A stretch of 64,000 bases of DNA. Source: Octopus bimaculoides. Lineage: Eukaryota. Under the pieces are notes generated by a model that was not told the origin of the DNA, did no database searches, and was given only the letters and a program-made list of their open reading frames with translations. Shown one piece after another: positions 39,024-52,419 of the stretch (positions are counted from its first letter, which is position 1; every line of letters starts with the position of its first letter). The translations under genes were made by a program, and so were the position numbers. The stretch lies in assembly GCF_001194135.2 (NCBI RefSeq), contig NC_068982.1, positions 20,178,901 through 20,242,900 on the forward strand, given 5' to 3'.

Positions 39024-39245
39024 CTCTCTTTTTACTTGTTTCAGTCATTTGACTGCGGCCATGCTGGAACACCACCTTTAGACGAGAAACTCGGCCCCAG
39101 GACTTATTCTTTGGAAGCCTAGTACTTATTCTATCGGTGTCTTTTGCCGAACCGCTAAGTTACGGGGACGTAAACACACCAGCATCGGTTATCAAGCGAT
39201 GTTGGGGAGACAAACACAGACACACAAACATATACACACACTTAC

Positions 39246-39339
<94 letters not shown>

Positions 39340-39521
39340 ATGTATATATACATATATACGACGGGCTTCTTTCAGTTTCCGTCTACCAAATCCACTCACA
39401 AGGCTTTGGTCGGCCCGAGGCTTTAGTAGAAGACACTTGCCCAAGGTACCACGCAGTGGGACTGAACCCGGAACCATGTGGTTGGTAAGCAAGCTACTTA
39501 CCACACAGCCACTCCTGCGCC
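39024..39521 (-). mobile_element. SINE family C, full length with expanded internal (CA)/(TA)
   Basis: Matches 21121-21525. Confidence 0.9.
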
Positions 39522-39589
39522 TGTATATAGAAAAAAATATTTAGGCGTATTTTCAACTTTCTCTGGATTTTCCATATATGTATGTGTGT

Positions 39590-39760
39590 GTGAGAAAGTG
39601 TGTTTGTCTACCACTACAGCTTGACAACTACTGTTGATTTACTTGCATCCTAATAACTTAGAGCAGTGTTTCTCAACCTTTTCACTCTTGCGTAACACTT
39701 CAAAGCAGTGCCCCAGCATTGCTGCCGTCTAATGACTGAAAGAAGTGAACGATAAAAGGT
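39590..39760 (+). mobile_element. SINE family C 3' half, degenerate
   Basis: GCTTGACAAC...GCAGTGCCCCAGCAT...AATGACTGAAA. Confidence 0.55.
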
Positions 39761-39999
39761 ATATCTATATATATATATATATAATAGAAATATGTTTCAG
39801 AAAGAAAATAGAAACAACACGTGGAAAAGATATGGGGAAAGTTGGAAAGATAAAGCGAAAATGCACATTGAATACCAAAAAAATAACGGCTATTTTATGA
39901 AAAGTAGCGATAAATAAATACAATTATATGAACTGAGGTAGAATTAAGAGGAACTAAATTCATTATTTTGAATTGTTAAAGAGATTCAAAGTAAAACCG

Positions 40000-40770
40000 G
40001 TATCGTCATGGTTGTTCACTGGCTATGAATTACGCACCGTTTATCAAACGGTGTCAGGTCTACTGAGTAAAAAGATTGTGTAAGGGAGGTAAGTAGTTCT
40101 GGACGTGGTGCAGTTAGGGTCGATATGATACTGTAATATAAATGGTATAAGGAATGTATGGGTTTTAGTGGCATTATTGGAAAGGTTAGTAGTGTTCTGT
40201 ATTACGTTGTGTTCATGTTAAGTTGTGAATGATATTTATTGATGGAAATTGCTTCTTTATTCATTCTTTGTTGTACTGAGGTGTTCTGTGAACATTGATA
40301 GAAGGGGAAAATTAGGAAATTAGGATTAAGGTTCTTAACACACCTATTTAAGTGTTCACTGACCTGTATATGTCTGTATTGTGTGTGGCGGATTTGTTCT
40401 TTGTGGAGAGTGGTTCTTCGACGGAGTGATATTCCTGTTTGGCCAAAATATTGATTACCGCAACCTATATATATATATATATGCACATTTGAATAAGAAG
40501 CAGCACGAGTTTTGTAGACATTATCGAACAAACATAAAAAATGTATGTGCACTTGTTGTCTTCTGGTCGACTGCAGTTTGATGTGGAGGTGATAACTCTC
40601 AAAGTGTCGAGTGTTAAACACCTGAAAGTCATAGTCATAAACATGTCACCCCAAGTCGAATCCAGGAGTGATGGACCTCAGCTTTTTACCATTGTTGTGG
40701 CCTTTCACCATCACGTACGTGAACTGAACCGGAGGCAAATTGAACATCCTGTCCATGACTATATGTAAAA
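40000..40770 (-). mobile_element. Penelope-like element, GIY-YIG endonuclease region, 5'-truncated
   Basis: ORF 40202-40621: CGNQYFGQTGISLRRRTTLHKEQIR...IQVSEHLNRC...RMNKEAISINKYHSQLN. Confidence 0.85.
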
Positions 40771-41694
40771 TGGTGTGAAAAACAACTATTCAATTTGAAA
40801 TGGGTACGGCCATCTGATATAACGTTATAGTAGGAAGTAATGCAATGCCTAAACATGAAATCCCATTTGCTTCATATTAATTCTAGCTGAAATTATAGAA
40901 TAAGCATAAAATCATCGATCGATAGGTAAGTCTTGAGTAAACAGCTTTCTCTCTGTAGATTGTCATAACTGATCATTTCTGCTTGTTTCATTCTTCGCAT
41001 ACAAGAAGTTGCCATAATATTTGTAGCCCTTCATACTTAACACTTTATTTCTCTTACTGTATGTGAAGAAAATAAACACAAAATCAAGGTTACTTCGTCT
41101 TGTTCTATGGTACAGAAATCATATTTCTATTTATGGGTAATGAAGGAGCACGACTTACATTTTTCTCAACATTAAGTCCATCATCGTATTTTTATTGAAC
41201 CCAAACAAGTTCTTTTTTGCTATAGCATTTGTTTTTCTACCAAAGCCTTCAAATTAGCAAAGATTACCAAGTACACCTTTTGATTGGATGAAAAAAAAAA
41301 ACGAATGCCAGTACTGAATCGTTCTTGAATGCAACGTAGGTATATTTCTCAATAAGTCTATATAAATAAGTCATTGTAAAGTCTATTAATTGAAGATTAT
41401 CAAAGCATGTGTCTTAAGCACCCCTTGATTCAGAGCAAGATATTTTTCACGTAGATATCTGTGAGAGGCACCTACTGTCTCTAAATATTTTATAATACAC
41501 CGATTCTTTAAACAGTTTCATATAAACAGTTGAAAGCAAATTGTTTTTCAATTCACTAGTCAGATATCCGTGAATGTTTGCTTTCTAAACTCGAAATCGC
41601 TTTCCCGTATATTCCAATTTACACTACTTGACATAAGCATATATATATAAAAAAAAAAAAAAAATTAAAGCAACAACTTCAGTATCCAAGCCAT

Positions 41695-41907
41695 ATGCAG
41701 AGCTGCCAGAAACATTAGCACGCCGGGCGAAACGAGTCGCGGTATTTCGTCTGTCTTTACGTTCTGAGTTCAAATTCCACCTAGGTCGACTTTGACTTTC
41801 ATCCTTTCGGGGTCGATAAGTTAAGTACCAGCTGCGTACTGAGGTAGATCTAATCGACTAGCCCTTCCCCCACAATTTCGGGCCTTGTGCTTAGAGTTGA
41901 AAAAAAT
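41695..41907 (+). mobile_element. SINE family A
   Basis: Head, core and GGCCTTGTG tail; ATATGCA on both sides (possible TSD). Confidence 0.9.
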
Positions 41908-42384
41908 ATGCAAAACTCTATCAAATCCTCCAATTAGCAATTTGCGCTAGATATATTGAGCATTGTCACAGACACTGTTTTCATAAGTTTCTTTCAAGCA
42001 TAACAAATAGCTAATCCAATTTCGAAGATTAAGAGTAACACTGAAAATTCCTGAATAAGAAGATAACTCACAGTTAATAATCTTCAGTCGATAAATTCTC
42101 TATCTTTAGAAACCATATGCCTTCTTTGTTTTATGACAATTATCCAAAATAGGTTTTCTTCCATTATGCTGTACAGGATGCATTAACTGCTAATATATAT
42201 ATTTTGACAAATTAAATTTAAATGTTGAAGTGAATCTAACGGATTTTGTGTGTTATTTTTAAATGGCTTATAAACACTTTCCACGCTGCAATTGTTTTCG
42301 TTCCAGCACACGATCTCAGATCAGGTCACTTGCTATGCAGGTGCATCTCCGTAGTTATATATTTTTAATTATTGGTATATTAAA

Positions 42385-42595
42385 AGCAGTGACCTGGCAG
42401 TATCGTTAGCACACCGAACAAAATGCATAGCGTTCCTACCGTCATCACCTGGGTTCAATTGCCAAGATGTTGACTTTGCCTTTCGTCCTACCGCATCGAT
42501 AAAATAAGTACCAGTTGAGTACTGGAGTTGATGCAATCGATTAGCGCCTTCTCCCAAAATATTTCAGGCCTTTTGCCTCATTTAGAAAGGATTAT
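42385..42595 (+). mobile_element. SINE family A, degenerate
   Basis: GTGACCTGGCAGTATCGTTAGCAC...TTGACTTTGCCTTTC...TAAGTACCAG. Confidence 0.75.
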
Positions 42596-42649
42596 CGTTA
42601 TTAAAGGCATTGTATGTGTCTACTTTTACATCTTTTTTCCAAACTATTC

Positions 42650-44130
42650 GTGGTGAAAAGGGAATGGAGCATCAATTGTAGAGCTCACGAGATTCACCTT
42701 GTTCATCAACACTAAGTCCGCTTGTGCTCAAGCTCCTGCTCTGTTCGGAAACCCCACAGAATTTTCTAGGTCTACTGTATGGTTTGTACTCATAGCGTGT
42801 CTTGCCTCTCTCTAGCCCAAACTTTTCACATAATGTCCAATGCAGTAATTATTCCAATGAAGCTCTTTCGGTATCTCATCTTATCGCCACAACTATTTCG
42901 GTTTTGAGCAAGACGAGAGCATTCGTTCGCAATATGGAGAATGGTTTCATTAAATATTAGATTCAAAACAATAGAGACGCTTGCACACTTCTAAGGTTGA
43001 CTATTCAAGTTGTGGTCAAAAATTGGCCTTCCGCTTCCAGCATATTTCTCTCAGTTGCCTTTTTCAATGTTCCTTTTTTTAACCAGTCGCATCCATATTC
43101 TTCATTAACTTTGGGTGTGATTACGCGGAATTGATTGTATAGTTTCTTGTTGAGCAGTGCCTCTTCATATATTTCATATATTTCTTGTTTCGTTCTTCTA
43201 ATTTTTCATGCTTTCAATATGCACTCATCTCTAACTGCCATTAAGGTGTCCTGAAATTGGGTTAGATATCTCAGTAAGTTCAATATGCACGTAGACTTCC
43301 ATATTTTTCAGTTCGCTTCTTCCATTTGTTCTCTTCAAGTATACGTAAACAATGTCTGCGCAGAGATGATGAGCCCCATGCACGGTTAGAAGCTTCCTTG
43401 TCTGCCTATCCAACTTCTTAAGCTTATCCTCTGTCTACTGCAGAATTCCAGCTCTATACCGAACCACTGCAACTTCGCACCGAAATTATTTCTGACATTC
43501 ATCTTTGAATCCAAAACCTTCGCAATCGCCTGAGATACTCTTTCTTTGACTCAATTCCATCAGCCTCAGGTAATCCCACGCTATTTATATCCGAATTCAG
43601 ATTCAAATACCTTCATCATTTCACCACTTTGTATAAATATCCAATCTGTTCTGATAAACTTTCTTCGTTCAATCACCATCAGAGCACAGTTTTAAAGTTC
43701 AAATTCCTATCATGATATCATTCGAAAAAATCTGCACAGAATGGATTAGACTGTTCATTCTGCCTCACTTTATGGGAAAAAACTTCAAATCATCCACAAG
43801 CATCAGGTAATTAAGATTCCCTTTACCACTTCTCAGATCATACTTTAAATTTGTCTTCCGCAGTATTTCATTCAAGTGTACCATTCACAGAACAAATATC
43901 AAAGCGTATACACTATTCTTGAAATTACTTTTCATAATTTTCCCTTCTGCTAACACCTGATTCCGTACTTTCAATTCAGTCCTTCAATACTTCATGCCGT
44001 TCCATGTAAGGCTCCTCGTGTTTTCTACTACTATATAGTTTCATAGTTCTCATTAGCGAAGGGTGTGGTATCATATCACATGCCTTATAATAATCCATCC
44101 GAGCCGCGCTCAAAACTGTGCCATCTCTTG
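42650..44130 (-). mobile_element. Decayed R4/Dong-like RLE retrotransposon (RT C-terminal part to zinc knuckle)
   Basis: VAVVRYRAGIL, KLKKLDRQTRKLLTVHGAHHLCADIVYVYLKRTNGR (43231-43470), ETILHIANECSRLAQ (~42900-42948). Confidence 0.8.
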
Positions 44131-44159
44131 CAGTTACTAATGATTAACTTGTCAATGGT

Positions 44160-44482
44160 GGAGGCGTAATGCCCCAGTGGTTAGGGCAGCGGACTCGCGG
44201 TCGTAGGATCGCGGTTTCAATTCCCAGACCGGGCGTTGTGAGTGTTTATTGAGCGAAAACATCTAAAGTTCCACAAGGCTCCTGTTTCTGTTGTACTTGT
44301 ATTTCAAAGAGCCAGCCTTGTCACACTCTGTGTCACGCTGAATATCCCCGAGAACTACGTTAAGGGTACACGTGTCTATGGAGTGCTCAGCCACTTGCAC
44401 GTTAATTTCACGAGTAGGCTGTTCCGTTGATCGGATCAACTGGAACCCTCGACCTCGTAAGCGACGGAGTGCCAACAACAAC
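44160..44482 (+). mobile_element. SINE family B, tail type 1, internal deletion
   Basis: 11-bp TSD AACTTGTCAAT at 44146-44156 and 44483-44493; (AAC)n tail. Confidence 0.9.
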
Positions 44483-44603
44483 AACTTGTCAATTAATAGC
44501 TGATCTTTCGTTCTTTTTAATAATCTTTCGTTCTTTTTCTTGTTTCCTTGGTTTTAGAAAAGACTGAAAATTCGTAAAGAACGAAAGATTATTATTATTA
44601 TTA

Positions 44604-44646
<43 letters not shown>

Positions 44647-44944
44647 NNNNNNNNNNNNNNNNNNNNNNNNNNNNNNNNNNNNNNNNNNNNNNNNNNNNNN
44701 NNNNNNNNNNNNNNNNNNNNNNNNNNNNNNNNNNNNNNNNNNNNNNNNNNNNNNNNNNNNNNNNNNNNNNNNNNNNNNNNNNNNNNNNNNNNNNNNNNNN
44801 NNNNNNNNNNNNNNNNNNNNNNNNNNNNNNNNNNNNNNNNNNNNNNNNNNNNNNNNNNNNNNNNNNNNNNNNNNNNNNNNNNNNNNNNNNNNNNNNNNNN
44901 NNNNNNNNNNNNNNNNNNNNNNNNNNNNNNNNNNNNNNNNNNNN
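44647..44944. other. Assembly gap after (ATT)n
   Basis: Run of N. Confidence 1.
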
Positions 44945-45060
44945 GTTTACTGTATTGAAAGTGTTTTGCGTAGAATGTGTGCAGTACCCAGTAGTGCAAT
45001 TTTCTGTATGTTATATATATTTGTAAGTCCTGGTGTTTTTGTTATGTATTTGGCTATTAC
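44945..45060 (-). mobile_element. RLE retrotransposon 3' fragment embedded in (TAA)n
   Basis: IAKYITKTPGLTNIYNIQKIALLGTAHILRKTLSIQ*. Confidence 0.85.
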
Positions 45061-45075
45061 CATTATTATTATTAC

Positions 45076-45126
<51 letters not shown>

Positions 45127-45189
45127 GTTGTTTTTTTCTTCTTTCTTCATTATTGCTATCATTATTATTATTATTATTTCGTCCGTCAT

Positions 45190-45375
45190 TATGTTCACCG
45201 TGTTTGGCTTTACATTATATCCTTTCGGGGTCGATGGTATAAGTACCATTAGAACACTAGAGTTGATGTAATCGACTTATGCCTTGATCTTGTAACTGTT
45301 GCATTTTGGGATTGATGTAATCGATTAAGCGCCTCCCTCAAATTTTAGGTTTTGTGCCTACAGTAGAAATGATTA
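45190..45375 (+). mobile_element. SINE family A core/tail fragment
   Basis: ATCCTTTCGGGGTCGAT...TAAGTACCA...GATGTAATCGAC. Confidence 0.65.
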
Positions 45376-46064
45376 TTAAGCAATTAAAATTGTTCTGTGA
45401 TTTTTCAATGTAATATAGTAATAGAGAATTGGGTATAGATCTTAGAAGATTTAAACTTCATTTTCAAATCAAAAATGCCTTGTAGATATAACTTCAATAA
45501 TAAAAGAAAACGTTGCTTTGAAGACAGGTACAGCAATCAATAATATTCATAAAATGCCACAAACAGATAATTTCCTATTTCTTGTCAATGTTGATTAGGA
45601 ATTAGAGATGTGGTACTAAAAAGTAAAAAAAAAAAAAAAGAAAAAGAAAAATGGTTGCAATCAACGCTTCAAATTTAGCCTAAATCAAATTCGGTTTTGA
45701 AAATGAAGTGCAAAATCATTGCAGTGCAGCGAAATAAGTGCACATACATATGTGCACGCGTGCATCTGCGTTTGCGTGTGCGCATGCGTTTGTGTACGTG
45801 TGTCATATATTCGTCTACAGATCTGTATTGAATGTCTTATATTTTTGATACCGAAATAATACACCCAAATATATATGTGTACGTGTGAGTGTATGTGTTT
45901 CGGTATATACATACATATGCGCATATATATTTATAAATACATATGTATGTGTGCAAATTATATATATTTATGTGTGTATGTGTGTGTATAAATATATCAA
46001 TCTTTCTATCTATATATCTATATATATACATATACACACATATGTATATATGTAGTGATATACA

Positions 46065-46100
<36 letters not shown>

Positions 46101-47200
46101 ACTCAATCAAAATATACCTTTAATCCGGAGTGTTCAAAGAGAATTGTCGCTTTTGTAACTTCTCTGGTTACATTAAATTTGTACTTTCAAGTATAATCAC
46201 CAAAGTAGTTACTTTGTGATACTCAACTTAATTAATTGTCAAATTAATTGGCAATTATTGTAGGTTTATAACTCATACAGTTGTTTCCTCTTTGATGTAT
46301 TTCAGTTTCATTAGCGAAATAATTATTCATACCGGGTATATACACATAATTCGACACACGCTTTAAATGCATATAGTTCTTACACTGATATATGTTTTCG
46401 TATACAAATTAGATCACAAACAAATCTATAAATTTTGATCTAAACTTTCTGTGGCGTTTGTAAGTTGCGTTCATGTATGTGAGGCTTTCATGTGGTTGTT
46501 TTCCTTCTGTACATAAATAAATTTAATTTCTGTGTGAAGATAACCCGCAGTTACCTAATACTACACGTGCTTAGTTATTTTAACGTATATATTAACGAGT
46601 GTACAGTGTTTCCATCTAACATAAATTCAGTAATATATATGCATATATATGAGGATTTTAATCAAAGATATATCATATAATGTAGTTTACACTACCATTA
46701 CACATGTTGTACGAACAGAGACACTGAAGCACTGGTACAGCAATCGATGGTAATTTTATATATGTTCTAATCATATTTGAAATCAGAAAGAGAATAATAA
46801 CTTTCCGAACAATTTACAATGTAAATAAATTACAATGAAGTGAATCCTCGTGAGAATGGTACAACGTATTTCTATGCACACTTGTCATTGGTATAAACGC
46901 AAAATTGAAGGAAAATTGTAATAGTTATGTATTATAAACAAGTTGATTCTTGAATCTGCCTTAGTGAAGATGAGATGCAGAACCATATAATGTACGAAGG
47001 TAAACATTCAGAGAATTCCAATGTAATATATATGCATGTATGCATATATAAATGTATATATGTGTGTAAATACAAACACACGAAAAACTACACATATGGA
47101 TGATACTATTATTTGTACATGTATGTATATACATATAAGTTAAGCGTATGAATAATATATGTGCGAATGTGTTCGTGTGTATGATTATATATATATATAT

Positions 47201-47511
47201 NNNNNNNNNNNNNNNNNNNNNNNNNNNNNNNNNNNNNNNNNNNNNNNNNNNNNNNNNNNNNNNNNNNNNNNNNNNNNNNNNNNNNNNNNNNNNNNNNNNN
47301 NNNNNNNNNNNNNNNNNNNNNNNNNNNNNNNNNNNNNNNNNNNNNNNNNNNNNNNNNNNNNNNNNNNNNNNNNNNNNNNNNNNNNNNNNNNNNNNNNNNN
47401 NNNNNNNNNNNNNNNNNNNNNNNNNNNNNNNNNNNNNNNNNNNNNNNNNNNNNNNNNNNNNNNNNNNNNNNNNNNNNNNNNNNNNNNNNNNNNNNNNNNN
47501 NNNNNNNNNNN
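47201..47511. other. Assembly gap between (TA)n and (CA)n
   Basis: Run of N. Confidence 1.
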
Positions 47512-47577
<66 letters not shown>

Positions 47578-48226
47578 ACACACACACACACACACGAGAC
47601 ATATAGGAATTTGATGATCGCCTCATCTTATCGCATGATAGCTGTCTCACATTAACTTATAATGAGACACCGGAACGTCTTAGGATTTAAATAACAACAG
47701 CGTATACAACACTTCTCTCACTCTCTCGGTCGCCATAGTATGTTCCACTAGCAAGCAATGCCAGACGACGGGGGTCTATTTTTGATCACAGGTTTTATAA
47801 CGTTAGATGCGTGTATTTGTGTTCCTGTGTATGTTTCGGCGTTTGTGTTTCTGGGTGTATGTTGGTTTTCAAGTCTGCTCTAGAATGCAAATAAAATTTA
47901 CATTAGGCTTAGTATTTCTAATATATTCACGGTGATGTGTCTCACTATTACATATAATTTTGTAATCTACTGCATATTCTATGCGGAATAAGCTTTTCAG
48001 TTTCATTTTCATGAATACGAAATTATGTCATATGCTTATGCAGAACATGGTAGCACAATTGACAACTTATACAAAGGTAATGTAATAGCTATATTACACA
48101 CTGAATTATTGCTGATTCATTGATTTAAGAATGCATTAACAATTGTAACCTATGTAAACTGGAAGTAGTTCGCAAGCAAAATTCTAGAACAATCAGACAA
48201 ATATGTTACAAATGCATACGTACATG

Positions 48227-48440
48227 CGAGAAGGTGCTGAAAATTTCCTGGTTTGGGGTAAAAATAAAAGATTAAATACAGAAGGATCAGTTAATGATTT
48301 TAATCCACATAGTGACCTCTCAGAATGACTCAGTTATTGCAGTGGTCCGTCATTTTCCTAAGACGTGTAAAAGGACTCGTAAGTTTGGGCCTCCAAATAC
48401 GCGTTTAACCGTAAAGCCAGGAACTTCGTACAGATATGCG
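48227..48440 (-). mobile_element. Mariner-type MITE / deletion derivative
   Basis: Left CGAGAAGGTGCTGAAAATTTCCTGGTTT versus right AAAGCCAGGAACTT...CG|TA. Internal minus-strand ILRGHYVD* resembles a mariner C-terminus. Confidence 0.7.
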
Positions 48441-48471
48441 TATCCTTTCTCTCACTTTTCTCCCTCGCTCA

Positions 48472-48505
<34 letters not shown>

Positions 48506-48664
48506 CGCTCTCTGTCTTTCTCTTTTTTGTTTTATGTGTGCCATAAATATCGCCATCCATTTAGAGAAACATTTGTAGTTTAGAATCAGTAGTTCTTTGA
48601 CCGCTATTTCTAAATTGTCAGTATGTTGGAGAAGCAACTCAATGCTAATCCCTGTATATTTATG

Positions 48665-48702
<38 letters not shown>

Positions 48703-48823
48703 GACAATATCAATAATAAGGAGAACTACGAAGTTGCATAACACAACCTTTGATTCTACATCATATAACGCTGAGTAGATAAACGAAAACCTTTAAACAG
48801 TTAAATCGAAAGATATTAAGTAA

Positions 48824-48881
48824 AGACCCTAAAGAAATTGCACCGGTTACTAATCGGTGCAGTTGAAACATGTGTTGGTCT
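48824..48881 (+). ncRNA. Type-I hammerhead ribozyme motif with one core substitution
   Basis: Stem I AGACC/GGTCT. Core CTAAAGA (G5>A). Stem II AATTGCACCG/CGGTGCAGTT (10 bp, one G-U). GAAA, stem III AC(ATGT)GT, GUU site. Confidence 0.65.
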
Positions 48882-49669
48882 AGGAAAAGGTGTATATATG
48901 TTAAAAGAATTTAACGTAATATTATGCAACTTTGTAGGAATCCCTATTATTAATATTGTTGATATTATATTCTCCATGAAACTTATATGCTTACGGTAAT
49001 ATATTCAGAATGATCCAACGGAATATATCCCTAACTTCTTATAAGAAATATATTGGAGTTATATGTTAACTGTTGAATAACCTATTTTGAATATCTAATT
49101 GAGAATGAAACCGATAAACTGTCCACAGTTTATCTACCCTATGTGAAAGGCCTCTCTGAAAAGAGACAAAAGATATGCTGCCAATATGACATCAGGACAG
49201 AATTCATAAGTAATACAACACTTCGCAAATATCTCCTTCGAGTAAAACCACCAACAGAAGAGAATATGACTAAGAATTACGTGTACTCTATCCCATGCAG
49301 CTGTGGTAGGTTATACAAAGGCGAAACATGTTGCCCCCTCAAAATAAGGGTACAGGAATATCGTAAAGCTGTGACATGAAGAGATATTGATAAATCGGGT
49401 ATAGTTGATCATGTATGGAAACACGAAGACCACCTCACCCTGTGGGATGGAGTTAAAATAATAGATAAAGAACGCCACTGAAACATACAAAACTAAAAGA
49501 AGTAGCACATATTCTGGGGCACAACAACCTCCTAAGCAGACCGAGTGCAGATACGAATAGCATATAGGAACCGGTATTAAAGAAGGAAGGGTGAATATTA
49601 GATTTATAAGTCCTAAAGTCCACTCCATAATTGCCCACGAGCATATGGCGTAGTGGTTAATAGCGCGGG

Positions 49670-49785
<116 letters not shown>

Positions 49786-49836
49786 AGCATCGAAAAATAC
49801 CTTAGAAATGAAAACCCATGTTCGAAATTTCCCCAA

Positions 49837-49882
49837 GACACCTGATGAAGGCTGGAGGATATATCAACCGAAATGTTGTGTT
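49837..49882 (+). ncRNA. Minimal hammerhead motif, decayed copy
   Basis: GACAC-CTGATGA-A-GGCTG...CAACC-GAAA-TGTT-GTGTT; one mismatch in stem II and one in stem III. Confidence 0.55.
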
Positions 49883-49965
49883 AACAACAAATAAGATGAG
49901 GACAAATATCCGTCAATTGTAAATAATGTACATAATTCCTCATCTTTTAAATATAGAACTGTATT

Positions 49966-50236
49966 TACTACCACTTTTTCAAGCACCTTGGTAGTTTTCT
50001 CCCAGAGAAGGAGTTAAAAAATCAAACCGCTGTTGAAAGTGCGTTGAAAGATTTCACCAGGTCTAGAACTCCAGATTTCTATGTTACCTGAATAAACAAA
50101 CTTTTAACTGGTTCACAAAAATGTGTTCATTGTGATGATACTTACTTTGATGAATAAAACTTCCGCATTGTTGAAAAATATCCTGATGAATTTCATGTTT
50201 CAAAACGTTGCTTACTTTTTACTCAGAATGATATAT
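49966..50236 (+). mobile_element. Mariner (Hsmar-like) transposase C-terminal relic with right-end region
   Basis: YYHFFKHLGSFLPEKELKNQTAVESALKDFTRSRTPDFYVT*INKLLTGSQKCVHCDDTYFDE* (49966-50157). Confidence 0.85.
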
Positions 50237-50958
50237 AAAACATTATTACTAATGATAAGGAGAATGAAGATTTCACATCCATTATTTTATTTTAAAGTTA
50301 TTTACAGCATTGTAAATAACTGTTAAATAAGTAACTCCGTTCTCCTTACCATTATTAATGCTATTACTTACTCTACGAAAGCATGCAGACTTCAATAGGA
50401 CACTCGGTTTAACCCTGCGAGAATAGTTAGCAAAACCTAGCAACTTATTGTTAACTAGGCTATCAGCCAGCATCTGAAACCGATTTAAGAGGAGACACAG
50501 TAACCGCGAGGGCAATATATCCCTTTAAACTCATTTTTGGACACACACACGCGCGCACACACATACACACACACCCATATATATGTATATATATGTGTGT
50601 GCGTGTGTATGAATATGGACATTATCGCATGTATGCAAGAATATATGAATTATATAAATAAGCTTATTTATTCACGTGTATGATTCCTTTGCATGTACGT
50701 GTCTGATTGTGGGTCCGTGTTACAGAACTGTCAGTAAATATGAAGCATTTTACGACTGTATATAAAAATGTAAGAAATTATATGAAGTCGTATTGCCATT
50801 TAAACATCATTTACTCATGTTATATTATATTTCACATATAGTAGTTAGAAAGTTAATATCTAATATCAGAATAATATTCATGCACAGATACACTTTTTCA
50901 CACATTCTAACTCACATATACATATCACCAAATACACACACAAAAACACATGCGCAGG

Positions 50959-51008
<50 letters not shown>

Positions 51009-51033
51009 CACATACATACATACATACACACAC

Positions 51034-51069
<36 letters not shown>

Positions 51070-52244
51070 GCATGCATGTATGCATATGTGTATCTACCTA
51101 CCTACCCCTCTCTCTCTCTATCTGTCTTTATATCTATATATTTATGCAATTTTGCTAAAGGCCATACTGGAAAACCTCGACTATTTAATCACTTTCGGAA
51201 CCCTTTATGATTAATAAATAAACTTATATGCTCTTCCTTTGAGTTCTATTCCTGCGTTTCTTTTTGCTATCGAAAAATATGCGTGAGCGAGTGTATCTGT
51301 GTGTATGTATATAATTGTATGCGTATGTGTGTGAGTTTGTGTGAGTGTGTATAAAAATCCTGTATTATGGCTATATTTTTCGAAGATTATAATATTTGCC
51401 TTTATGAGTGAAAACATGGATGATCAATATCATAATTCGTTTCAGGAAGAAAATAAAAATTATTCAGTGAATTATATGTAGGCTGACCTATGGGTTTAAA
51501 ATTGTTCATGAATCTTCTAAAGTAAGTTACATATTGAAAGGAATTTCTCGTAGCTAATCATATATATTTATGTTAAAATGAAGTAAAGATACCCATAAAT
51601 TCAATCCATTATTTTACATATTTGCTTGATTCGTTTCAGTTTGTTTTATAAAATTTCCTTTTTATTGCATTATATTTTTATCAGTTACCAAATTTCAACT
51701 GAGAAAAATATCGGCTACACAACTGCGTAAATTTATTTAATAAGCAATGCAGATGATATTTATTAAGAACATGCAAAATAAGAGAAAATACAAAATAAAA
51801 AAAAATTAAATACGAATTAAACATGCAGTAAAAAATTGCTGGTGAAGAAAAATGCGATAAGATATAAATAAACCGCCCCAAAAATAACAGAAAAAAATTA
51901 GGAAAAATTGAGATGTGCAATGATAACCCCTGTTCAGTTTCTGGAGATGAAATTAGAGAATCATTGATAATATTATTTCTACGACATTGGCGCCGTTCTA
52001 ACTATATTATAATGGCTAGCATATGCTGTCGTTCCATTGCAGTTATGGTAACACTATTATAGAGTTACTATAAATATCGGCTAGCTGAGGGAATATAACA
52101 TTAGTTGCTAAGATAAAAGAATAATAATAATTATTATTATGGTAAAATTAATGTGAATATTAATATTGAAAGTGATCCGTTTGAAATATTACATCGCGCA
52201 ATGTATAAATGGATTGCGAATAATCCACGGCTTGATATTAACAC

Positions 52245-52245
<1 letters not shown>

Positions 52246-52298
<53 letters not shown>
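52246..52298. repeat. (AGT)n microsatellite
   Basis: Direct reading. Confidence 0.95.
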
Positions 52299-52419
52299 AA
52301 GTAAAATCAATTTGAAATCGATAGCAGTAGTGAAAATGGGAGATATATAGAAATTTGGGGAGGAGTGAAGAATAGTCATGAGATCAAAAAGAAAGTGAAT
52401 CGACTTAATATGTTCAACA

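Noticed and set aside
39030-39065. SINE C tail hairpin CAGTC-AAAT-GACTG followed by AAACAAGTA as a hammerhead
   Set aside because: The CUGANGA half of the core is absent in every copy.
39664-39682. CAGTGTTTCTCAACCTTTT hAT-like TIR
   Set aside because: Single end only, with no partner TIR or 8-bp TSD found.
40960-41260. Two phase-compatible minus-strand exon candidates
   Set aside because: Weak first acceptor, a lysine/asparagine-rich peptide typical of random AT-rich DNA, and no homology.
50180-50212. CCTGATGA...AAAACGTT
   Set aside because: No GAAA and no stem II pairing; it is part of the mariner subterminal region.
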